64,000 bases of DNA, taken from the NCBI GenBank assembly GCA_001949185.1, contig BDGG01000002.1, forward strand, positions 558,001-622,000, in the 5' to 3' direction. This DNA is from Ramazzottius varieornatus. Taxonomy: Eukaryota; Animalia; Tardigrada. The position numbers and the translations under genes were made by a program. The first letter of the stretch is position 1. The number at the start of each line of letters is the position of its first letter. Shown in pieces: positions 27,501-40,010 of the stretch. Under the pieces are notes generated by a model, which ran no database searches, had not been told where the DNA came from, and saw only the letters and a program-made list of their open reading frames with translations.

Positions 27501-30500
27501 GAAAACTGGGCGAACTGGGATTCGTTTCTCACGAGCCATTTTTAAGAATTTCAGACACTGTTCGTCAATCTGCGGAAACTGCAAGTTGACTTTTGTCGTT
27601 TTCCGGTTCGGGTTTGCGCCATTCGCCAGCGCGAATCTGATCTCTTCTTTCTTCTGACAAATCCCTATCACACCGTATACCGATAGACCACACTCGTCAG
27701 CAATCTGCTGGAACGATGCCTAAAAACCAGCAAGAACCACTCAATTCGGGAACAGTATCCAGTGCGTAGGATACGGCATAATTTCATGTACTGTACAAAA
27801 ATTACCTGTTGCACTTCTCTCTTGAAGATAATCAAGGCCTTCTGACCTAACGTCGGTTTCTCCTGCACAATCCTCTTTCTCTTCCTAATCTCGATATATG
27901 ACGTCTTTCGCACCTTCCCCATCATGGATACTGTAGAAGCACTGTTGGTCGACACTGAAGTGTTGGAATGAGGAAACAAGGATCAGTGGTGAACCGGGAT
28001 TCTCAAAACGCATTCGGAATTTGGAAACTGGAAATTAGCTTATTTCAGCAGTCTATTGTCAGATCTGACGTAACTGTGAGATCACTGTGGTAGGCGTGCT
28101 TGAAGCACTGCAAACTCTCTTTTTTCGCGACATGTAGATTTAACTTGAGTGACGTACTAAAGATGTTAGAAGGGTTACAGTACGGTGGTTATGATCGAAC
28201 TTTGTACTATTACGACTGTGCGAACTGAGACAATTGCTTTGGTTTTGTGACGAGAATTGAAACGCGATGGAATGCTCTGCTGCAGTACGACCTTTACAAC
28301 AGAGATTCAAAAATGCGTACATTAAGTTAGGGAACATTCAAGTATTACGCAAGACAAGATCAAAGGCGCCGAATGGACCCCCGTATCAGAGGAAGGCAAT
28401 GAACGCGGCTTTGATCCATTCGGTTTGCCGAATTTTACGTAATACTTGTGTCTTCCCTTATGAAAGAAGGAGATAGAGCGTGCTACAGTGAAGTCAGAAT
28501 GGCGTTAATGGTCAAAAGCACGAACTGGGTGATACCAATGATGAACGGATGATTCGAACAGTTTTTCCAATATCAATATCCACGTTTTCTGTCATTTTTC
28601 ACTGCAACAATAGTTCAACAGTATCTTTACGCATACTATGACTTTCAATTTTGTTTAAGGCAATAATTCGGTCGACGAACATGCCATCGCTTGAGTTCTT
28701 CCTGGCTGCCCAATTCCGCGGTCATACCCGGTTAAAAGTACCATGTACAATCACCCGTCTTGAAAGCGTTAAGGGTGCCGTGCTTTCACATGGTGTCTAC
28801 ATTTGCTCGAGCCTCCAGAAGTGAATGCGAGGTTCACCGCACACTCCCTAATAAGCTGAGCTGTCAGTGACGTGCCGAAAAAGTTGAGGATTATTACTGT
28901 ATGCCTAGAATTGTAAAACTCAAGAGGCCTCGGAAACCGGTCCTCAGCAGGAGAACGGTTCTTTATTCAGAGCTCACTAGCGATTCATGAATGGTTTGGA
29001 AGAAAGAATATTCTTTATTTACTAGTGCAATTTCCATTCGCAGATTGCAAAGGACTACGGAACTTCGCTCAACGCAATGGTTGTGGACTTTATCAACCTG
29101 GCACTGATACCCGGGGTAAGTGATTCCTGTTTTCGGTACGAAGTCAACTGAGCATGGGCGGTCGTGTTACCAACACTCGAAACTGAACCCTGCAGAACTT
29201 CCCATGCTTTTGAAAATCTCTAAAGATGGCCCGCTTGGTATAATGTGCATTGAACGTAGCACTACATGACGTCGCGTTTTCATGAAATGTTTTTCATTTT
29301 CAAAATCAGTGAATCCCCAGTGACTCAGCAATGTTGCATAAATCGATGCTTCATGGATGTTTGAATACTATGATATCGAGGCCTTAGATAACTACAAAGA
29401 AAGACCAGCCCGCAACGCCTTTCTGTCTACAGGGCGAGTACGTCAAGTGACTACCACCTCGTAATATTCATGGCGCTCTCGAGTAAGTGTATGTAGTCTT
29501 CATCATTATTTTCATATAATTTAGTATCCCTTCTGTTACCTTCTAACAATCACAAGTCCACAAAAAATGTCTACAGGAATTCGAACCTCACCCAGAGACT
29601 AGGGAGGGTACAACCGTGTAGCTGGTCCGGCGCGAACTTCTCGCTGTTTCGCCCTCCGCGAAAAATTGTTTTTCTCTCATCGGCACTGCTAAGTTGGAAC
29701 TGCTGATTTCACACTGTTAACCGGCAGTCTAGCTTTCGAAAAAGATATTGGGGCCTATTGTGTCGCTTGTTGATTCATTGATGCATCAGTTGTAGCGAAA
29801 TTGTGCCAAAATATAAGGTTGTCGACCGAAAGCATCGTTTCTTAAAGTAGTTTGTGCATCTGTTTCCGGTAACTAAAAGTATGAATTGAGAGCCGAACTC
29901 ATGCGCTGTTTGAATGCGAAACGCTTTTGGAAAGAGTGAGGGAAGCTTAAGTGCGGGCCAACTCTTCACAAAAACTAGGTTTGCGAGGAGCGAGAACTTT
30001 CTCACATTTTGAGAGACCTTGGAAGAATTCTTCGGCTTTTTGACGAGATCTAACAATTTTATCGTTCAAGAAAATTGATTTAGGGACTACGCTACACGAA
30101 AAACAGTTTTAAGTAAAAAGTATTGGTTTAAAACTCAAGTTACAGATTGCTCCACGAGGTGTGTTTTCCCGGCAAAACGGTCAAATTCGGCGGTTTCGAT
30201 TCATTTTTTAAGGTAGTCTATATTTCTTGTGCTCTTTCACAAATTTTGATAAGAACCTGGATAGTAATACCTCTACTGAATTCAGAGTGGGGAGAGATGG
30301 TGGCACACGGAGCGCCAGAGTGCCGTTTTGGTCCTGCCGCAAAGCCTTCCTCACCGGAAGTCCTTCCAGTCAACTTCTCCAACACAGGTCTCAAATGATG
30401 AGTCATATAAGCATGAAACTCCAGCCATATGAGATCAGTCCGTCTGATATAAAGCGAGACTAATAAGATTCAGTCCGACAAAAACTGAAACTAAATGTGA

Positions 30501-33500
30501 AACTGAAACTGAATGCAGCACTGGTTTTCCAATAGTTTTCCAAAATGATTTCAGCATCGATTAGTTTTCGTTTGTTCGATTCATCTGGGTGAATTGCAAG
30601 GTCTCCAGTCTGTCGGTCTAGCAGAAGCTGGATGAAAATAAACGACAGTTGCCATCCCTTTGATCATCTAGAGCACACTGAGGATCGAGCAAGCTGGAGC
30701 AAAACATCGAGGTTAACACCGTGAGCACCACGCGATGTTTCGCTTTCAGAATACGATGCGGGCAAGTCGTTTTCGCCTCTTCTGGCTGTTTAAATGCAGG
30801 GTCGGGTGCCAAAAACTGAACCAAAAACCTTTCTCTCGTTTGGCTAAAATTTGGTAACAAGATGTGCAATTCGCCACCCACAAGGTTAAAACGGCCAAAC
30901 TTCATGTTTTTTTCCTCACCACTGGACAGATCTTGTCACGAATTTGAAACTCCCACAAAATACGAAATGTTTGGACTCGGGTTAAACCTTCTCTGGAGAC
31001 TCTGGACTGACCGAGAGCCTGACTGAAAAGTAATTTGCTAGATGCGGCAACATTCCATCGAAAATGGAAAAAGTTCCACACAGTTTTGCAGAGCAACTGT
31101 CCAGTGGCCATCAGATGCAGGTCGAAGAGAAGTTGAGTTCTTCAAGAAAAGGGGAAAACGGGCAGCAAAAGTTAGGCCGGATTTCGCTAAACACAGATGA
31201 GTGAGCACCAGGAAACTGAGTTTCCCGCCCTGCGCTCAAGGTTTCAATACTAAGGTCTGGTTGACCGCGGCAGTGTGGGTTGACTATAGGCAAATGCGTA
31301 TACAGCACTAATAACGGAAACGTCGAACAGACGGTCTGACTGGAGTACTGGCAGAAAAAGACCGACACGCCCGTCGGATCAGACGACGTCAAACTTTGCC
31401 GAACAATAGATGTACTGTGATGCATGAAAGCGCCGGCTCTATAACGTCAACAGCACAATCACCTGCGCACACTGCATATGTATAACCAGTGGTACGCCCA
31501 ATTTAAGGCCTTACAAAATTGAAAGTATATACGCGAATTTCGCGCCCGGGCCAAAAAGGCACTGCTCTCACGCACCACTAGACCTGGCCAAAGTGTGATT
31601 AACTGTGGTGTAGCGTTATTTGTATTGGCTTATTGGCTTTCACACCGAAACTACTTTTTTGGTGCGAAAGCCACACCACTTTTTTCAATGTGGTGTGAAT
31701 CAGACATCACTCTTTTGGTGCACCACACCACACCAAACCGGAAAACCGAAAAGGCGAAACCTGTATGTGGAGCCGCTAGGAAAAAAATTTGGCGTAACAA
31801 AGATGACAAATAGAAACGGAGTGCTGTTAATGCACGCGCCGAAGCTGAACCTGACGTCAGCTTGCATAATTCCACTGGTCCCTGCATGTTTGACCGAAAG
31901 AGCGCACCATGATTCGCCTTAGCCACGATCATCTTATGAAGTGGTGCAGCAGAACTTTTTTGGTTTGGTGCGATGTAGTGTCTTCGAACACCGAAACCGA
32001 AATTTCGGTGTGAAATCAAACCGAGAATAGTGGTATCAAACCGCTATTCTCGGTTTGATGTTTCCGCATACCGAAACCAAAATGTGTGGTTTATTTCGGT
32101 GTGGTGTGGTGTGATAAAATTGTCCGGCGCATTAGGAAACCAGCAAATCTTTTACATAAGCCTGACCCAAGCTTTCATAGTGGTGCACGTCTAATCACAT
32201 CATGGATACTAGAGGGGGTAAAGGAACGCTTACGTACATCACGCCAGTCCTTTCATCGATGAAGTCACTGCCGGACTCGCTCCCATTAGTGGCCGTGCTG
32301 AAATGGATGACCTTTGGCTGCACGGAGAAACCGGCTGTTCGGCTCAGCCTGACTGATCGAGCCGCTGTGCAGTGACCATGTATACAGGTACAGTACATGA
32401 AACGCCTAAAATGGCTCACTGCAGAGCTACTACCGTAAGTATCGCGCCACGTGGGCAAACGAACATGGCTTACGGGTGGGTAAGGCACGTGACACACAAA
32501 GCAGTTCCAGATCGGAATATCCTAATCGTAACTAAACTGACTCTGTCGGGGCGCGGCCTCGGTGCGCTTTAGACCAGTAGTGGTGTTCGTAGTACTGGTG
32601 AGTGCCTCAACCGCTTCCATGTTTTACGGCTCTACGGTACACACAGCCTTCACAGCGGCTCCTCTCCCTCCTTCAATCTCTCTGAGCAAATCAAACGCCG
32701 CCCCGACAGTCCTTCAAGCTGTTGGTAACACCGAGCGCCAGACAAATGTGACGATTTAACCGTAGCAAGATTAACGCATTTCGTTTTCGCTAGCTAAGAA
32801 ACGACCTTGGACTCTGCAGGCCTGTTTATGATGCTTTCACGGCTATCACAATTGCATTTTGCACTTCCACCACCCCACCGCTGGTAAGTATTTCGCAGTA
32901 AGCCTAATCTCTGTATCATCTGCCAATACCAAGTACTTTTGGCCTCCTGGCTAGTTTATCGAATATCTTTTGCGGTTTCTCGTTTGGCAATAGCCTTCAG
33001 ATCACTCTGTGCGACACGTTACGTACGAGTACGACCCTGTACGGATTCATACGCGTACATCAAGCTCGAATCTTAAGTAAGAAGGTTGCGAACGATCAGT
33101 TGCCAATCACTATGATCAGCTGATGGTCACCATTAGCGTGACTGGAAAATCCTAAAATCATGATGCCGTAAAAATATGCCGTGCCTATGTTCGACTGATT
33201 GACAGCCGATCGTTAGTAAACTGCTTTCCCATGACTCTGGTTTCATTTGCGCGTATGAGCTGGTACAGGTCGTACATAACGACGATCGAAGATCTTTCCC
33301 GGTAGGGAGATGATCAAGAGGTCAATCCAACTCGTTAAAACGGCCAAAGCGATCTAAGGAGTATGGCCGAACGGGAATCCACAGAGCAGGTCCGAGGAAG
33401 CGGCCATGAGGCCGAAAAAACTGGGCGCGAGTAGCTGAAACAGAACTTTATGTTCGTTTGTTTAACGTTTTTTCTCGTTGGCAGATGGGGGTGTGGTTTG

Positions 33501-34093
33501 GTGCTGGTCTCTGCGTCTTTTCTTTCGCGTTCCTCGTCCCTTTCATTTATTACCTTTCCCGTTTCTACACGCAAGGAAGGACTGCCAAAGACGGCCGTGG
33601 TCAACCATCTATGTTTTCCATAGCACGTAGCTCTATTTTGTCCGGCTTCAGTAGGAGTTCACGCAGATCTTCCGGGCGCAATAGTCGCAGATCCTCCAGC
33701 CTTTCCAGTCGCAAATCCAGAAATTCTGGGGCTGGCTCGAGAACTAGCAAGTCTGTAGCAAGACCTTCAGCTGCGATTGCTCTCGGTGCGCGAGGCTCTG
33801 TCCCTCCGGCCATTTCGCGCCCATCAGCCCCGTTGCCCCCTGGCGCAAGACCTTCGACACCATCCGCCGCCATACCTCGTCCAGGCTCGGCAACGGTACC
33901 CCCAGTTACTCCCCCAAGATCATCCGCGCCCACAGTAGCAGCTCGACCTTCTGTTCCCTCCCGTGCCTCAGGACCTGTCCGGTCAATTACCCTTGGAGCC
34001 CGTCGCACTGCATCTCGGCCGTCTGCCGCAGCCTTGGCTACGGCCGCTGGCGCGAGTCGACCATCAATTATGGCCCGGCCTCGTGCCAGATAG
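9531..34093 (+). CDS. PROM1: Prominin-like pentaspan membrane glycoprotein, ~16 exons
   Basis: Approximate exons: 9531-9786, 10129-10178, 10467-10657, 10770-10969, 11205-11300, 16745-16962, 18495-18628, 20548-20701, 20769-20921, 21964-22102, 22211-22532, 24762-25013, 25067-25195, 29045-29116, 32793-32883, 33485-34093. Prominin-like motifs: WYKMARSFMAMVQ, AFRDLMSYVLNT, PHHRKNNQVIGGTLL, CLLNCKKNSP, LGLCRPVYDAF..FC..PL/MGVWFG. The symbol denotes family, not proven orthology. Confidence 0.85.
12290..12552 (+). repeat. Dispersed ~260-bp repeat, copy 1 (prominin intron)
   Basis: Shares cacaaaactgttcgccctt, cccccacatggggttt, gtgacgtcaaaa, acttttctgac and ctgacca.tgg.caga with 23900-24160. Confidence 0.75.
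13300..14091. mobile_element. Non-autonomous hAT-like element
   Basis: Termini tagagctgcta / taacagctctc. Flanking 8-mers tttcgcgg / ttttgcgg (7/8 match, TSD-like). Dense AAACCA/TGGTTT subterminal repeats at both ends and no coding capacity. Confidence 0.75.
14506..14654. mobile_element. Tc1/mariner/pogo-type MITE
   Basis: TA-cagtaaaaattatggcacaa ... ttgtcctacaatttttactg-TA imperfect TIRs with TA flanks. Confidence 0.6.
14904..15123. mobile_element. Fold-back MITE-like element
   Basis: Outer IR gctgtgacgta / tacgttacagc. Inner IR tagtcctaccaaattatcgcgcactcaaccacgtga / tcacgtggtttagtccgggataatttggtagcacta. Confidence 0.65.
23900..24160 (+). repeat. Dispersed ~260-bp repeat, copy 2 (prominin intron)
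   Basis: Colinear diverged match to 12290-12552. Confidence 0.75.
26202..28180 (-). mobile_element. pogo/Tigger-family DNA transposon nested in a prominin intron
   Basis: Perfect 33-bp TIRs ctgtaacccttctaacatctttagtacgtcact (26202-26234 / 28148-28180), TA on both flanks, internal transposase. Confidence 0.93.
26381..27925 (-). CDS. pogo/Tigger transposase (HTH + CENP-B-like HTH + DDE_1), 4 exons; second catalytic Asp is Asn
   Basis: Motifs FPQIDEQC, CSWGWYDKFCGRH, IWNCDETG, NKTAWMT, LLLVNNFSGH, FLPPNCT, QPCDAGII. Three GT-AG introns join the ORF-track pieces in frame. Confidence 0.85.
31579..32125. repeat. CACACC/GGTGTG-rich hAT-like non-autonomous element remnant with internal hairpin
   Basis: Starts tagacctgg and has many cacacc/ggtgtg motifs in both orientations. 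Hairpin atcaaaccgagaatag...ctattctcggtttgat at about 32015-32059. Right end not defined. Confidence 0.5.
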
Positions 34094-34391
34094 GAGTTAC
34101 CAAAACGATTGCTTCATGCTGCCAAAGATTTCTTGTCGAAACAGCACACTGCTTTTTTTACTCTTAGCGATGTTCTTTCTTTCTTGTTTTTATCGTTAAC
34201 GTTGTTGTCTTGTACATTGGTTCCATTTTGGTTTGTTCGTTCCAGGTCTTAGAATATTTATCACGTTTTACTTGTGTTCTCTGCTTCGTGCCGTCGCTTT
34301 TACGGGGCCACATAAAATAATCGGATGGTTGTGTTGGACGGTGGAATTTTTTCTGCGAAAGCATTGTTGATGGGAAACGAGAAAGAAACTG

Positions 34392-35701
34392 CTAAACCTG
34401 GCACTGCTGCACACTATTCCACCAGTCAGACATCAAAAGGTAAACGTTTTGCACGGGAGGGTTAGCATTTGGCACTTCGCAAAGCATACAGAGCGAGCAC
34501 CTATCTGGCTGTAAGAAAACGGGAAGCTAGCGTAATATTGAAATCGGAAATATTTGAAGTATACATCTTTATCGCTTGCAATCTCATGCATCTTTTCTGC
34601 AAGTTCCTTAATTGAGCTGAAATCCCGCACCGAAAGAGAAGATCCTTTTGGAAAAACTGCGGAGTAATTTGCACCGCCTAGAAATACCGGTATGGCGTCA
34701 TACCGGTACATGTACCCGGTAACCGCTTTTTCGGTCACATAGTCCTTGCAAATGCTGAAAATACAAAATTTTTACAGCTGTCAATTTGTAACTTCGCACG
34801 ATTTACTATTTTGGAATCGAAAAATCAGATACCAAATTTCGAGTGACCGGAAGACGGACTGTACTTGGCAAAAGTTCTACCTGTTTTCGAACGCCAGATA
34901 AAACTTGTAATTGGCTATCATCTCGTCACATTTGGAGTGGTCCGCTTTTGGGCAGGACATATTTCCGCATGAACCATATACATCTACCGGGAAATACTTT
35001 GCGAGTTCGTTAATGTAGTTCATCCGGAATGTAATGCAATTAGAAATCATGGCAGCAGCGCCCTTTGTTTTTTTCTCCATAAAACGTCCATTTCGTTTTG
35101 GTCAGCCAGCAGTCGAGGATGGTAGTACTGTAGATATTTATCAGCAATGATATCTGAGTCAAACCGGTAGGTCAGATTATAAAGATCCCGGATGGGCAGA
35201 CTAGATGCGTGGTTGGGCGACTCCAAAACGAAGTAGACGTAATACTGTCTAGAGAAACGCTGAGGAGGAAAGTCTCCATAGAACGAATCCACTGCATGGA
35301 AAATGAGTGCCGAGCTTCTGTTCCATAAGTTACGATCTTCACTCAAGATACAGTTTGACACCGGGCACTTCTTCTGACCTAATCGCTTGCCTTCTTTCCC
35401 CATGTATGAATTGCTTTGTCCGAAAAACTTTGTCCAGAACAGGATGATTTTTTCAGGTGTCGGTTCATACTTGTCCGACTTGAGGGGAGGCGTTACTGGT
35501 GTTTCGGTTGATGCTTGTTGAATACTTCATTTTGGCGGGAAGCTCATAAAGCAAGCCCGGAACTGAGTCCCGTCTTTGATAGGCGATCTTGTCAAAGCTC
35601 AACGTCCACTTTGTCACTAAAGCAAGAAAGGTTAAACCGCTGGTGAGAAGCAAAATCCCGCATAGTTTAACAGGAACCCTGGATCCGGCTTCAGAATGCA
35701 T
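34392..35701 (-). pseudogene. Alpha-1,3-fucosyltransferase (GT10), frameshifted
   Basis: Type II TM anchor, IILFWTKFFG, CPVSNC, LESP, YRFDSDI, VDVYGSCG and YKFYLAFENS/ICKDYVTEK across an intron. Frame breaks near 35480-35530, 35068-35074 (A7 run) and ~34500. Confidence 0.8.
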
Positions 35702-36425
35702 ACTGCGTTCTAAATCTCGGAAACAAGCTGTTTCCTTTCTATAACTACGTGAAAACGTAAGAACGCTCCGGTAAATTGTTTGGCTGAGTCTTCAACTTCA
35801 TGAAATTCCAAGCAATGGGCGACATGACCAAGAACTTCATTTTTACTATAACTCACTTTCCTATGCCGCTGTCACTCACGATACAGCCCGTTTCGGTAGT
35901 TCTCAGCGGTGCTTTTTCTGAATCTGCCGTCGCGAGGTTACATCAAAGTTCAAAGATCTCAGTGTTAACCAAGGCGATAGTGCTGCCTCACGAATGATTT
36001 CTTGTTTAGTAAACGATAGTTCATTTGGCGGAATCTTATCGGTTTCGAGCTAACCAGCAGCTGGCTCTGATTTTCCGGAACGATCGTACACTGAGATCGG
36101 AATATGACATGTCGGAAGATTCGGAATATGCCATGTCGCTTCTTCGGAGTCAACCTCGCTATGTATATTGATTTTTTATAAGAGCTGCTGTTTACCAAGA
36201 AGTTTCGCAAAAGGCACGAGAAGCTGCCAATCAGGATGATGAGCCAAAGGAATGAAACTACATTAGGAACGCAAAACCCGGCGTATTTTCAGATCCGTAA
36301 AAAGAGAGATTACCACTAAAAATTTCTTCCTCAAAAGCCATCAAAACTTCCTCCAAGAAACATCAAACCCCAGAAGAAGAAAAAAACCCAAAACCGCTGG
36401 TACCATAAATGGAAAATACTTCAAA

Positions 36426-39143
36426 CTATTCATCATCTGCCGCCACTGACTTACTCCGCGTTTCTTGCGTCGCTTTCTTGCTTGTTCCCTTGCTCGACTC
36501 CGTCCGACGTTCCCTACTCGGCGTATGTAGCGACGGCACATTGGCCGGTCGGCGCATCTTGGTGTTTAGACTGGGCTCCTTCATGGACTGGATCTTTGCT
36601 CGGGCAGCTCGTTGAGGTCGGCCACTCCGCTGACTCAAGGCCAGACTGGCATCACCACTCGACTCATCCAAAGACAGAGTGCTCAGCGACCTGACGGAGA
36701 CTTCTTCTTCCTCGTCGGTGTAATCTCTGTCTTGTGAAGCCTCACTGGCCATCAAACTGCGTACCGACGGCAACGATACATCACTCTTGGCCCCACTATC
36801 ATCATCTTCCTCTACCTCGTCGTCACTACTGCCACTACTCGACTTGGCTTCCCCGTTATCCCCCATGGACAAAGTGCGCAGACTCAGTCTTGCGCCGACA
36901 CTCAACCTCGGACTGGCACAGATACCCGTGGGACGTCTGTTGGGCGTTCGATTCTCGACTTTATTCAAAGTCTCGAACGAACGCTTTTTATTCCCGACCG
37001 TATTGGCCGGAATACACTGTATGTTCTCTTTCTTTTCTTCAGCCTCTTCTGCTTCCTCTTCAACGGTTTCTTGAACTAACTCGGACGGTAGGGGAATCTC
37101 AGGAGAAGTTAAGACCGAAACGTGGCCTAGCTCGGTTGACTGTTTAATTTTAGTTTGTTTTTTGGGCGTCAGTAGTTGGTCTTTTTCCGGCGAGACTTCT
37201 TCTCGACTTTCGTTCTTCGGAGTCGAACGAGCAGGACTTTCTACTTCCGGTTCGGCTTCTTCTTCGACGAGGGTGTTGGCTGGTGGTGCTGGAGCTCGGA
37301 CGACGCGGTCTAGTTCGCCGGGTGCGACGCTGTAGCGACGACAATGACGCTTGCCTTCAGTCTTTTTGTGTTGGCTGGAACTGCCGAACCAGGAGCGGCT
37401 GGCTGTTCGAGGAGCTGGTATCGGAGTGGGGTCTTGTTCTTCGTTCAAAGGATAACACTTGACTTCGTCGGGATAGTACTTGACGTGACGGAGAGTGGAC
37501 GAGTAGGAACGGAGAGGCAGAGCCAGCTCCGTGGCAACACGTCGAACACCTGCAATCAGCAGCTTTACAATAAACACATACTTCGGAGAAATTCAGCCAG
37601 CTGAAACTTGAAACTGGCGAGAAAAATCAAAATTTCCCATAACTATACAAAGGTATTTCGTAAACATTTGGACGAAGATAGGTAAAAAGGAATAAGACAT
37701 CTATCAGAACTTCTTTCAGAATGTTCTAAAATAATAAGAAACTGACCGATATTTTGTCGGAATTGGATTTTTGTGGAAAGCAAAGAAGATTTGAAGCACG
37801 GGAAACGGAACGAACCGGATCATTATCCCCATTTGCGCATATTTTCAGCCAACGACACTGACAATGTAGCGCCACTTGGAAAAAAACAGTCAAATTCGAC
37901 AAGATAGTTTTCCCAAGTGACGCATGCCTGTGGCCGGTAACATAACAAATGTGCGCCTTTTGAGACGACGATCCAGTTTCATTTGCCACTGATTTTTACC
38001 TATATCCCGTTCCTATTATCGCGGATTGCCGGAATTTAGAGGGAAAACTTCGAAGAGTTTTCCGTGATAAGTGTCTACGGTAAAAAGTGTTCGAGCTCAT
38101 ACCCGGAAGGCCGTCAGCGATACGCCGGTAACCTGGAAGGAACTGCGTAAAGTTGGTGGTCTGCAATGGGAAAAAGCATCGTCAATCTTACAGCAAAACG
38201 AACTTAACCTATTTACCAAATTACCATTCCGTTATGAATTACGGGCTTCTGCGTCATTGTAGGAGTTTGACAGATAGAATTTTCTATGTTTAGACTATCT
38301 TACCGCGATACCGTGAGCCTCCATGTGGACCAGCGCTTGAGCATACTTTCGCTGAAAGTCTTCCAGTTTGACGGATATCTCATACAGATCCAGCCTGAAA
38401 CAAAAGGTATACAGCCAGTCAAGAGCGTAATCAGCTTGAAACTGGCGAGAGAAATCAAATTTCACATAACTATAGAAAGGTATTTATAGCGTGAATTAGC
38501 TTGCCCGGAAGTAAAACCAATGGTCAAACCAGAAAACTCTGAACTTACTCAGCCCGATAAATCTCGTTGACGTGATTCTGGTAATACGCCCTCTCTCCCT
38601 TCAACTTTGCATTCTCTCTGGTCCATTCGTTGTTATTGGCTTCCGCTCGCTTGAGGTACTCTAGGAGTTTGGGATCTGTCAAGAAAGTAAAGAGCATCGA
38701 TGAGAAAACAGGTACCGTGTAAAGACCGCGTAGCTGTAATGGAGGGAGGAGCTTCGCGTTCAGGCTGTTCAGTGAAAACAAACTCGTTCAACTGATTTAG
38801 CACGGCCCTGACTGACGACAACTTCAATCAACTAACTTGATTAAGTGTAAATATTACCTTGCTCGTAGTGGATTATCTTGACGATTTCTTTTCTGGCCGG
38901 TACTGCATCCATCGACCTTCCCTCTTCCAGCCGTTTTCTGGCGGTGTTGTACCCAATACGGAACAGGCGAAAGCGACGATACAGCTTGAGAAAACGCGAA
39001 CGGCGATGGCGCTTGCGATCTCGTCGGGCACGAGTCTGGTAAGTGAAGGCGTATTTACAGGTGGCCGTTGAGATCTGGGGAATCTTTCCTGCTTGCTTGA
39101 TCGTCTTGTCGCGTCTAGGCTTAGGAGCAGGTGAGTGAGCCAT
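36426..39143 (-). CDS. SGO1: Shugoshin-like protein (multi-exon; last exon ~37550-36426)
   Basis: C-terminal SGO basic motif GRPQRAARAKIQSMKEPSLNTKMRRP. Upstream coiled-coil exons (LKRAEANNNEWTRENAKLK...LDLYEISVKLEDFQRKY) and an acidic/Ser-rich linker. 5' exons are tentative. Confidence 0.75.
37864..37990. repeat. Palindromic N25 family locus (shugoshin intron)
   Basis: gcgccacttggaaaa...ttcgacaagatag...caagtgacgcat-N25-gtgcgcc. Confidence 0.75.
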
Positions 39144-40010
39144 TACAGAGATATCTGTGGAAAATCAACGAGGCGTTGGAAGCACGTTTGAAGCAAAGTT
39201 ATCGAGATGACTTACGTGATGGAATGAAAATCAAAAAGCAGCCATCATGGCCAATCCAACTCCAGCGACGATTCTTAGCGAAAGTAACGGCTGCTCAAAG
39301 GACGATCCATAACGCTGAACTCCGGGGATTGTGACATGCTAGTGTTCCTACAGTAGCACAGGAGAGGTCGATGCAGACTGGAGAAATCAAAGCAGATAAT
39401 TGCATCGACCAGAATGCAGCATTCAACCATGGAAAATTCGAAGAGTCTAAGACTGATGTCGATGCGTTGATTGAGCTCGCTTGATTGACCCTGTCAGTCC
39501 TATAATGGTGACGTCAGCGAACTGGAAGAGGCTTGTCGTAGGTGGCGCCAGCTGTCACTGTCTTACTGTTATCCACTTGGTCAGTCCGCACAGTTTGCAA
39601 GGCTATTTGGTTTTTCTGTGATTTATTGACCGGTCTTTCGAGCAAAACGAAACACTTTTTATTGGGTTTTACATTTCCATTTTTCAGGTGCATTCGCGGA
39701 AAATAACAAGCGGTGCAAAAACAACGTCACAACTGAGGTAAAGCAAAACGAGCGAAAAAAACAAACCAAGCAGTAAAACTATTTTTGGAATTTTACATTT
39801 GGTTATTTTTCTAGCTGCAAACGCAGAAAACAAGTGCAGCGTGGGGAAAGCAATGACGCAACTGAGGTAAGGTAATATCAGCAAAACAATTCGTAAATTT
39901 GTAAAAACTCTTTCGAACACGCCAGCGTGTCCGAAAATAATAACAATAAAACTCTTCGATCGCATATCGAAATCTATCATTTTCCATCGAACTAAGTCTT
40001 GCTTGAGATT

